Shown: positions 18,664 to 25,999 of the stretch, piece by piece
How positions within the stretch are numbered: the first letter of the stretch is position 1
How the letters are laid out: every line of letters starts with the position of its first letter
Assembly: GCA_038042445.1 (NCBI GenBank)
Contig: JBBTED010000011.1
Location: 1 to 32,710 of the forward strand
Direction of reading: 5' to 3'
From: Candidatus Firestoneibacteriota bacterium
GTDB lineage: Bacteria; Oederibacteriota; D2-FULL-39-29; JBBTED01
Length of the DNA: 32,710 nt
Translations under genes and position numbers: made by a program
Notes under the pieces: generated by a model
What the model saw: the letters and a program-made list of their open reading frames with translations, nothing else
What the model was told of the DNA's origin: nothing
Databases searched by the model: none

Positions 18664-19839
18664 TTAATATGTAACATAAACATTATACCGAATTCTGCCG
18701 CCGCATGGGACTTCTTGTTTGAATTCTATTATGTGTTGTCCTGTTGACCAGGTAACAAGTGAAGTTATATCCATAACGCCTGTACCGGATGTAACAAAAG
18801 AATGTCCAGCAACTCCAGTCCCAAGTTCAGGTAAATTACACAATCCTAATATATTACCGGTTTTATTTTGCCCATCTATATATACTTGCATACGATCATT
18901 ATAAGTTTTTTGTGTAGAAGAAATTCCGACATCTGCATTTACACCAGTAGTAGATGAAGAAAATGGACCTGCTGGATTTGTATTTAAACCTGCTGACCCA
19001 GTCTCAGAATAAAATATCTCTGTATTAACAGTTGTATAATCAATAGAATGAGAATGATTAAGACTTGTATTTTGGCATCGCGAATCATTCCATTCTAGAC
19101 TTTTACCTCCTCCATCTGTACAATTAAGATATAGTTCTGTTCCTCCAAGTCTTGCAGTCAAAAGTGAATGTTTATGTGTTAAATCTGTAGCACCACAACC
19201 ATGAGTATGTGGTTGAACTGTGTGAGCATGATTTATATTATGAGTATGGCCATCAATGCTATGCGTATGTGAAGCAGTAGGACTATGATTATGCGCAATA
19301 AGTTCTGTGTAAAATAATGTGCTTAGTTTTTCTCCGATAACAAATAATTTTACGGAAGCAGGGACCCTGTCTAAATGAATATAGCATTTTTCTGAGACAT
19401 TAGTGTCAATATCTCCGTGTCCCATATAAACCATTGGAGTGCTAACCTGATTTGCGTAATCTGCATATACTGAACGTATGGAATACGCAACACTTGACAC
19501 ACGTTGCCTTGGGGTTAATGTTTCTCCACCAACTTTCATTTCTAACCAATATTGCTGGCTAAAATCTAAATTAAGAGCAGTTACACTTCCAAGTAAAACA
19601 TTGAATACACCTTTATTTACTGACACTGACTGAGTTTCTGTCCATAAAGCACTTGAACCCACCTCAACATCATAAAAAGAAAAAGCTATTGAGTATGTGC
19701 CGGTTAAAGGACCACCAGCTGCATCTGTTAATTTGCCCGGGTAATTTATGAGACGTGGAACCGCTGCGGATAATAAACTTACTACAGTAAAAAATATTAC
19801 AACAAACAATATTCCTATATTTTTCCCACTTCTTTCCAT
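18664..19839 (-). CDS. Exported protein with tail-fibre-like HxH repeat region (start taken at MERSG, not the ORF-track start)
   Basis: AAAGGA 8 nt before ATG 19839; signal peptide; PRLINYPGKLTD..GVFNVLLG..PRQRVSSVAYS N-domain; seven HxH motifs. Confidence 0.7.
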   Translation of the reverse strand: MERSGKNIGILFVVIFFTVVSLLSAAVPRLINYPGKLTDAAGGPLTGTYSIAFSFYDVEVGSSALWTETQSVSVNKGVFNVLLGSVTALNLDFSQQYWLEMKVGGETLTPRQRVSSVAYSIRSVYADYANQVSTPMVYMGHGDIDTNVSEKCYIHLDRVPASVKLFVIGEKLSTLFYTELIAHNHSPTASHTHSIDGHTHNINHAHTVQPHTHGCGATDLTHKHSLLTARLGGTELYLNCTDGGGKSLEWNDSRCQNTSLNHSHSIDYTTVNTEIFYSETGSAGLNTNPAGPFSSSTTGVNADVGISSTQKTYNDRMQVYIDGQNKTGNILGLCNLPELGTGVAGHSFVTSGTGVMDITSLVTWSTGQHIIEFKQEVPCGGRIRYNVYVTY

Positions 19840-19859
19840 TATTACCATCCTTTCTTTTA

Positions 19860-19911
19860 GTAGGGGCAGGTTTACCTGCCCATTAATTGGGCGAGTAAAC
19901 TCGCCCCTACA
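19860..19911. repeat. REP-like doublet, family B
   Basis: gtaggggcaggtttacctgccc-attaatt-gggcgagtaaactcgcccctaca. Confidence 0.92.
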
Positions 19912-20134
19912 ACTGCATACCTCTCGTAAAAATGACAATTATAAAGTAAAAATATTTTTTAATAATACTACAATCGTCTAAATAAGTAAATATGCAAATT
20001 ATATTTAGTGCCATTCAGTATATATGTTCCCTTCTTCTTTTATTGGATGATTTTCTATATATTTAGCTTTTTCAAAAAAATCATCTTGATTTCTAATTAC
20101 ATAATCATAAAATGATCTTTGCCATACGTTTTCA

Positions 20135-20157
20135 CGTAGGGGCGGGTTTACCCGCCC
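20135..20157. repeat. Family B REP inside the RAYT CDS
   Basis: cgtaggggcgggtttacccgccc, translated GRVNPPLR. Confidence 0.92.
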
Positions 20158-20455
20158 ATTAAATATTGTCTGTGTTGTTTTTACTTTTGCTTTTGCTATA
20201 TATTCCCACAAATTTATTGTCTTTTTCTCAGGCAAAGTAATGAGTCCATGAATATGATTATTTGCAACAACAATAGCATTTATAGACACTTTTAATTCAT
20301 CTGCAAGAGTTTTAAATATCTCAATAATTTTATTTCGTATTGTTTGAAATATGAAAATTTCTTTTCGTTTAAATGTACAAATTGTAAAAAAATATGGACC
20401 TATTAAATAATAATCCCAAATTTTTAATCTTAAAGTGTTTCTTCTACAATAATTT

Positions 20456-20503
20456 GGGCGAGATTGCCTGCCCTCTTTTTGGGCGGGTAAACCCGCCCCT
20501 ACG
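20456..20503. repeat. Family B REP plus degenerate partner at the RAYT 5' end
   Basis: gggcgagattgcctgccc ... gggcgggtaaacccgcccctacg, translated VGAGLPAQKEGRQSRP. Confidence 0.88.
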
Positions 20504-20533
20504 CGTACATACTTCATTTCTTCATACATATAT

Positions 20534-22222
20534 TCATCTTATTATAATCATTGGTTTTACGGACTCGCTGGACTCGCCTGTTTCAGCAATTTTGGCTTTG
20601 ATTCTGAAAAAGTATACGCCGTTTACCCAGTCTGAAACATTTAGGCCGGAAAATTGGTTTATTCCTATTTTACCGTTTTCCTCGATGGTTACTATTTTAT
20701 CACCAACTGCATTAAAAAATTCTATTGTAATAGCGGCATCTTTTTCTAAAAAATATCTGATTACTGGTTTATCATTTTTAATTGGATTTGGCTGGCACCA
20801 AACCTGATCTAATGGGACTAAACTTGTGTTTTCAACTACTATTTTATAATTTGCTGTTTCACTCCAGTTATCCATTTTATCCGCAGATTTTACGTGCAAA
20901 TACCATACTCCATTTTTAGTGTTTGGAAAATCTGCGGACACAACTTCAGGAGAATAAACAGCTATAGAAAGAGGACTTCCTTGTGGATTTTGGTCAAAAG
21001 TATAATTATAGCCAGCAAGGCCTACTCCACCTGTATTATCTACGCTACTCCATTTAAAATATGGATAATTATTTGTTGTCAAAATACCCTCTTTATGAGT
21101 AGTGCTGGTTATCACAGGTTTAGATGGCAAAAATGCATCTAAATGAATATAAAAAATTTGCCCACTGCTTGCATCTTTAAAACATAGATGCACATTCTTG
21201 TAAAATGTTTTTAATGACGGCATTGTAGCATTCGGAAATATTGAAATTTCCTGTTCTGCTGCCCAACTAACTCCATCATCTGAGCTTTGCGAATAATATA
21301 CTTTGTAACCACCTGTTCGGTTATCCGCCCATGCTAAATAAATTATTCCATCTGAATCTACTGCAACATTTTGATATAAAGCCTGACCTATCGCATTTCC
21401 TGATATTGTTTTCTCCTGTATCCAAGTGCTATAGTATCTTTTGAAATATATTTTATTATCCTGCTGCCATACAACATCAACATCATTTTTTAGTCCAACT
21501 GTAATTTTTGGTTTTGTAGAACCAGTAGTAGAACTTGATATAACTGATGCACTACTTAATTTTGACGAAGATATAACCAAACTTTTAAAAATAATTTGAT
21601 AAACACCGGTTAATTTTTCCTGCCATACAAAATACACATTATTATTATCACTTGTTAAAGATGGGTTATCAGCATTAGATTCACTTAATGTTTGCTCACT
21701 GGACCAATTCAACCCATAACTAGAACCTTTTTTATAAAAAATTTCAGTGCTACCGGTATCCTGCCATGCAATATATATGGTCCCGAAAATATCTGTACAT
21801 ATTGCCGGATTAGACGCGCCTGTTGGTGAAATACTTATAGGTTGAGTATCACCAAAACTTTTACCGCTATCAGAACTTTTTTTGAAATATATCTGGTCAA
21901 TTCCTGTTCTATCATCCTGCCATACAACATAGATATCGTTTCCATTCGTAGCAATTGCAGAATTTTTTGCCGTAGCAGTTGATAAAGATAATAATGTAGA
22001 AGAATCCCAGCTCAAACCATTATCTGTGCTTTTTCTGAAATATGTTTGAGGGATACCGGAATAAGAATCTGTCCAGGAAAAACATAATAATCCAGCAGGA
22101 GCAGTTGATAAATCTATACTATCAATTAAACCAGTTGAATTAGTTAATTGAAGCCTGTTTGTCCAGCCTGTTAATGAAAAAGACAGAGAAGGAAACAATA
22201 ATAAAAATAATAGTAAAAACAA
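20534..22222 (-). CDS. Exported BNR/Asp-box repeat (sialidase-like propeller) protein with Ig-like and T9SS-like C-terminal domains; start uncertain
   Basis: Asp-boxes STDNGLSW, SSDSGKSF, SSDDGVSW; repeated YVVWQD/YIAWQD; C-terminal QPNP...GVYFFRI. Confidence 0.75.
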   Translation of the reverse strand: MFLLLFLLLFPSLSFSLTGWTNRLQLTNSTGLIDSIDLSTAPAGLLCFSWTDSYSGIPQTYFRKSTDNGLSWDSSTLLSLSTATAKNSAIATNGNDIYVVWQDDRTGIDQIYFKKSSDSGKSFGDTQPISISPTGASNPAICTDIFGTIYIAWQDTGSTEIFYKKGSSYGLNWSSEQTLSESNADNPSLTSDNNNVYFVWQEKLTGVYQIIFKSLVISSSKLSSASVISSSTTGSTKPKITVGLKNDVDVVWQQDNKIYFKRYYSTWIQEKTISGNAIGQALYQNVAVDSDGIIYLAWADNRTGGYKVYYSQSSDDGVSWAAEQEISIFPNATMPSLKTFYKNVHLCFKDASSGQIFYIHLDAFLPSKPVITSTTHKEGILTTNNYPYFKWSSVDNTGGVGLAGYNYTFDQNPQGSPLSIAVYSPEVVSADFPNTKNGVWYLHVKSADKMDNWSETANYKIVVENTSLVPLDQVWCQPNPIKNDKPVIRYFLEKDAAITIEFFNAVGDKIVTIEENGKIGINQFSGLNVSDWVNGVYFFRIKAKIAETGESSESVKPMIIIR

Positions 22223-22261
22223 AAATTACTCGCTTTCTATAAATTAACAACTACAGTTAAT

Positions 22262-22334
22262 GCCGATAAATCGGCAACTACAAATCCCCCTCGACCCATC
22301 TTTTCGATGGGTACCCCGCCCTTTATCAAAGGGG
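22262..22334. repeat. Family A unit followed by an interrupted family F unit
   Basis: gccgataaatcggcaactaca, then aatccccct[cg-acccatcttttcgatgggt]accccgccctttatcaaagggg. Confidence 0.82.
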
Positions 22335-22341
22335 ATACTAC

Positions 22342-23328
22342 TTATAAATAGGCTATGCGGTTTTTGCCGGCGTTTTTGGCTCTGTATAATGCCTGGTCTG
22401 CTTTGTCAAAAAGTTCATCACCGGTTTTAGCGTCTTTTGGAAAAATAGCAACTCCAACACTTACTGTGGCTTTAATTTTTTCAGTGCTTTCCGGAGGCTC
22501 TGTGTTATCTACAGATATTTTTATCCGCTCTATTAATTTTCCTGTATTATCGTCTGACAGCAAAACAACAAATTCATCCCCTCCATACCTTGCTAATAAT
22601 TTATCTGGACCAACCACTTCTTTTATTGAATTAGCAATATTCTTAAGATATATATTCCCCTGCAAATGGCCATAAGTATCATTATATTTTTTGAAATTAT
22701 CCAAATCCAGCATTACTAATGCAAATTCTCTTTTATCCTCTTTGGACGATTTTATTTCTTCGTCTAATTGCTCCTGAAAATAGCCATAATTATGCAAACC
22801 TGTTAATCTATCAGTAATTGCCAAACTGTGTTCAGTTTTTACTTTCTGTGAAAGATAACTAACAAATAACGATACTGTAAACAAAAATGGGATTTTAATA
22901 TATAAATTAATATCATACAAATTAAATGGCTCTGATTTTTTAGATAGCATAAACAAATAAAATAAAGAAGCAATTATTGCAGCACTTATACTTCCTTTAA
23001 TATTCTGCCCAGCAGCAGCAACAGCAATCACCAAAAAATAAATCAAAAAAAATTCATTTGCAAAATTCTGGCTCAAATATATACCTAAAGAAATTATTGC
23101 AATATCAGCAACAAAAATACTCGTATTAAATATTGGCAATTTAAAAACTGCAGCAGGAGAAAAATACAAAAAAATATTAGACAAGATAAAAATAAATATC
23201 AAAACATTGAATTTCTGAAAAAATAATGGTGTAGATTGAGCGGAAATCATCAAATATGAAGTAGCAATTATCTCAAGCCACCTTAATCGAATAACAGTTT
23301 TTTTGTCTTCCAACGAAACAAATGCCAT
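22342..23328 (-). CDS. Membrane-anchored diguanylate cyclase (GGDEF), no RxxD I-site
   Basis: Hydrophobic N-half; TDRLTGLHN, DLDNFKKYNDTYGH, RYGGDEF, ADQALYRAK..GKN. Confidence 0.93.
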   Translation of the reverse strand: MAFVSLEDKKTVIRLRWLEIIATSYLMISAQSTPLFFQKFNVLIFIFILSNIFLYFSPAAVFKLPIFNTSIFVADIAIISLGIYLSQNFANEFFLIYFLVIAVAAAGQNIKGSISAAIIASLFYLFMLSKKSEPFNLYDINLYIKIPFLFTVSLFVSYLSQKVKTEHSLAITDRLTGLHNYGYFQEQLDEEIKSSKEDKREFALVMLDLDNFKKYNDTYGHLQGNIYLKNIANSIKEVVGPDKLLARYGGDEFVVLLSDDNTGKLIERIKISVDNTEPPESTEKIKATVSVGVAIFPKDAKTGDELFDKADQALYRAKNAGKNRIAYL

Positions 23329-23347
23329 AATTATTTTTTAAAATATT

Positions 23348-23424
23348 TGGTGCGGCTGAGAGGACTTGAACCTCCAGCCTTTTGATTCGAAGTCAACGGC
23401 TCTATCCAATTGAGCTACAGCCGC
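23348..23424 (-). tRNA. tRNA-Arg(TCG), CCA encoded
   Basis: Acceptor stem GCGGCTG/CAGCCGC, D-arm AGCTCAATTGGATAGAGC, anticodon loop CTTCGAA, T-arm GGTTCAAGTCC, 3' ACCA. Confidence 0.95.
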
Positions 23425-23427
23425 ACA

Positions 23428-23663
23428 TTATTTATAGATTTCGCTGCGATGCCCTACCATATGAACTGTAATTATTTTTGTGTTTTGATTTACAGTATAA
23501 ATTATTCTCCAATCACCTACTCTTAATTTAAACATACCTTTAAATTCACCAGTAAGCATTTGCGGAACAATATCTTCAAAATTCTCTGATTTATTACTTT
23601 ATCAAGTTTTTTCAGGTCAGATATTGCTTCAGGTAAAATCTCTAATTGATATTTCTCTACCAT
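23428..23663 (-). pseudogene. RelE/ParE family toxin, frameshifted
   Basis: Frame 1 MVEKYQLEILPEAISDLKKLDKVINQRIL; frame 2 ENFEDIVPQMLTGEFKGMFKLRVGDWRIIYTV...VGHRSEIYK-stop. Confidence 0.85.
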
Positions 23664-23866
23664 TTCAATCCTAATTCTTCAGCAACTTTTTTAGCAGAAA
23701 CACCTTTTATTTTATTTGATATAGAATGAGATAATCTCATTTTTATATTTGGTTTTAATTCCAAACCAAAATCAGGGTCTCCCAGTAATTCAATAAGTTT
23801 TTGTTCAACCATTTCTCCTATTAGTGGTTTAATTCTTTCAATTGTAATCGCTTTACTCTTTATCAT
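23657..23866 (-). CDS. Putative antitoxin (69 aa)
   Basis: GAGGTG RBS; GDPDFGLEL and C-terminal VAEELGL; stop overlaps the relE-like start. Confidence 0.72.
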   Translation of the reverse strand: MIKSKAITIERIKPLIGEMVEQKLIELLGDPDFGLELKPNIKMRLSHSISNKIKGVSAKKVAEELGLKW

Positions 23867-23958
23867 CCTTTATCACCTCTATTATTATTTTATCTTAATT
23901 CTAAATAAAATCAAGGTTTTTATTTATCTGGTGGTAATGGGTAAGTGAATGACGTAGA

Positions 23959-24000
23959 TGTCATTCCCGCAGTAGTAAGCGGGAATCCAGTGTCTTTAAA
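23959..24000. repeat. REP-like unit, family C
   Basis: tgtcattcccgcagtagtaagcgggaatccagtgtcttt; near-identical inverted copy of about 18550-18591 including flank. Confidence 0.88.
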
Positions 24001-24042
24001 ATGACAAACCCCCAAAGACTGACCCATTCCATCTGGTAATTC

Positions 24043-24071
24043 TTGCAATAATAAAAAATCTACGGTAAAAT
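24043..24071 (+). promoter_or_regulatory. Putative sigma70 promoter, likely leaderless transcript
   Basis: TTGCAA-17 bp-TAAAAT, ATG 6 nt after the -10 box, no SD. Confidence 0.6.
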
Positions 24072-24077
24072 ATTTAC

Positions 24078-24521
24078 ATGAAATACTCGGAAGGGAAAAT
24101 TAACAGGGTTTTCGTAATCAGGTTAGAAGACAAGGATAAACTACCTGATGTTATTGAATCATTTTGCCAGAAGAATAAAATACTGCGCGCAATGTGTATA
24201 TTAGTGGGTGGAATAAATACCGGAGGCAAATTAGTTGTAGGTCCTAAAAATGGGCTTCAAATGCCACCTGAACCTTTAAGTTACACACTAAAAGGAGTTC
24301 ACGAAATCTCTGCAGTAGGAACTATATTCCCGGATAGCAAAGGAAAACCGCGACTTCATATGCATGCTGCACTCGGCAGAAAAGGAAAAACGAAAGCTGG
24401 ATGTATTCGTCTTGGAATAGAAATCTGGAAAATTGGAGAAATTATATTATTTGAAATTTTAAATAATACTGCAAAACGAATAAAAGATAAAGATACAGGT
24501 TTTGAATTTTTAGAACCGTAA
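24078..24521 (+). CDS. PPC/DUF296 domain protein
   Basis: VFVIRLE, HEISAVGTIF, LHMHAALG, AGC..GE; only convincing plus-strand gene. Confidence 0.85.
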   Translation: MKYSEGKINRVFVIRLEDKDKLPDVIESFCQKNKILRAMCILVGGINTGGKLVVGPKNGLQMPPEPLSYTLKGVHEISAVGTIFPDSKGKPRLHMHAALGRKGKTKAGCIRLGIEIWKIGEIILFEILNNTAKRIKDKDTGFEFLEP

Positions 24522-24526
24522 TAAAT

Positions 24527-24614
24527 GCAAGGCTAAAGCCTTGCCCTACATAAAATACTGGATTTCCGTCATTTGTCAGGCAAGATGCCTGACCTATTGC
24601 ATGCAGGAATGACA
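24527..24614. repeat. Cluster between convergent genes: family D unit, then a family C unit interrupted by a third palindrome (family G); may act as terminator
   Basis: gcaaggctaaagccttgccctaca; ctggatttcc...[gtcaggcaagatgcctgacctat]...gcaggaatgaca. Confidence 0.8.
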
Positions 24615-24621
24615 CGGTGTT

Positions 24622-25998
24622 TTACAATAATAGAGCGATTTCTATTAATTGGGCTTCTGTAATGCCTAGATTTTCATAATTATTGTAATAATCTTCTATT
24701 ATTTTTTTGTAATTTGTTGTTTTTATTTTTTCTTCCCGCAATTCTTTTACTTTTTCTAATGCTTTTTGAATAAGTTCAGGAGTTATCTCTTTGCCTTTTT
24801 CTTTTAATATCTTTTCATTTTTCTTTAAAACTTCCTCTACTGCAGATGCACCACTATGCTTGCCAAATACAAATTTTTGTTCGCCACCTACTGTTTCCTC
24901 TCTGATGAATTGATATATTGCCGGATGAATAACTATAGCTGCAGTATGAATACCTGATTCATGGGCAAAAACCCCTTCCCCAATTATTGGCTCATGAGGT
25001 TGTATTGCAATACCTGAATATTTCTCAACTAATTTTCTTAATTCAACTAATTTATCGTATCTAAAACATGGAAGTTCAACACCATATAATTCTTTTAATA
25101 TCATAACAGTCTGATGCAAAGAAACATTGCCAGCACGTTCTCCTATTCCATTTGCTGTAATACCTATATATGTTGCACCATGGTGGACAGCTCGGACAGT
25201 GTTTAAAGCTCCCAAGCCAAAATCATTATGAAAATGAGCAGTCATTGGAACTCCGTCTAAAGCTTTGATCATTTGTGGAATATAAAAATCTACAGATTCC
25301 GGTGTAAAAACACCGCAGGTATCAGAAAAACACATTCTTGTTCCTCCTGCTTTAACACAAGCTTTTGCCCAACGAACTCCATATTCAATATTTCCGCGCG
25401 AAGAATCCTCAGAAGCAAATTCAATACGACTAATTCCTTTGCTTTTTGCATATTTAATAGCATCACATATCATATTTGTATTTGCCTCTCTATAAAATTC
25501 AAGAGGTGTTTCTATCCATTTATCTACGGATTTCCCTTCTCTCTTAAGTAATGTTTTTCCAAGTTTATATTTAATATGCAAATCAGAGAAGGTAGATAAA
25601 ATCAACACACTAACATCATCGGCAGATGCTCCAATTTCTGCCATAGTTTTAACTACAGTATCAATATCATTAAAATTACTCCTGCACATTGCAAGTATTT
25701 CTACATCTTTTCTTATCTCCCCTCTTTTTTGTGCCTGAACAATTAACTGCAAGCCTTTACAATCAGATTCGCCATTTACTGGAAAAGCTACATCCATCAC
25801 ATGAATACCCATAACACTTAATAATTTTGCAATTTCTAATTTTTGCTCAGGACTAAAAGCAACACCAGGCATTTGTTCGCCATCTCTTAAAGTATCATCA
25901 TATATTCTTATGGTAGATGGATCAGGAAATTTAAGATGCTTTGTAAAAACTTTAGGAGACTTTGATAATTCTTCCAATGGTTCAAAAAAGTTAATCAT
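24622..25998 (-). CDS. DRE-TIM metallolyase, 2-isopropylmalate/homocitrate/citramalate synthase family, without LeuA regulatory domain
   Basis: DTLRDGEQMPG, HFHNDFG, NGIGERAGN, FAHESGIH, FGKHSG. Confidence 0.88.
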   Translation of the reverse strand: MINFFEPLEELSKSPKVFTKHLKFPDPSTIRIYDDTLRDGEQMPGVAFSPEQKLEIAKLLSVMGIHVMDVAFPVNGESDCKGLQLIVQAQKRGEIRKDVEILAMCRSNFNDIDTVVKTMAEIGASADDVSVLILSTFSDLHIKYKLGKTLLKREGKSVDKWIETPLEFYREANTNMICDAIKYAKSKGISRIEFASEDSSRGNIEYGVRWAKACVKAGGTRMCFSDTCGVFTPESVDFYIPQMIKALDGVPMTAHFHNDFGLGALNTVRAVHHGATYIGITANGIGERAGNVSLHQTVMILKELYGVELPCFRYDKLVELRKLVEKYSGIAIQPHEPIIGEGVFAHESGIHTAAIVIHPAIYQFIREETVGGEQKFVFGKHSGASAVEEVLKKNEKILKEKGKEITPELIQKALEKVKELREEKIKTTNYKKIIEDYYNNYENLGITEAQLIEIALLL

Positions 25999-25999
25999 A

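Larger units (their letters stand above)
20005..20529 (-). mobile_element. REP-associated tyrosine transposase (RAYT, Y1 HUH superfamily)
   Basis: RRNTLRL..WDY...YFFTICT, HUH motif NHIH, WQRSFYD..IRN, catalytic-Tyr motif YIENHP; GTAG-footed palindromes adjacent and internal. Confidence 0.88.

Noticed and set aside
18664..19839. Prophage or diversity-generating retroelement target
   Set aside because: No phage structural genes, reverse transcriptase or template repeat seen
19840..19938. N-terminal extension of the fibre-like ORF through the REP doublet
   Set aside because: A better SD-ATG directly before the signal peptide exists at 19839, so this was not counted as an in-frame REP
23348..23424. 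tRNA as an integration site
   Set aside because: No duplicated tRNA 3' end or integrase seen in the window
8565..24614. Hairpin-separated co-oriented genes as an integron cassette array
   Set aside because: No tyrosine integrase, no consistent attC R-box ends, and the same hairpins also lie between core genes such as dxs and ispA
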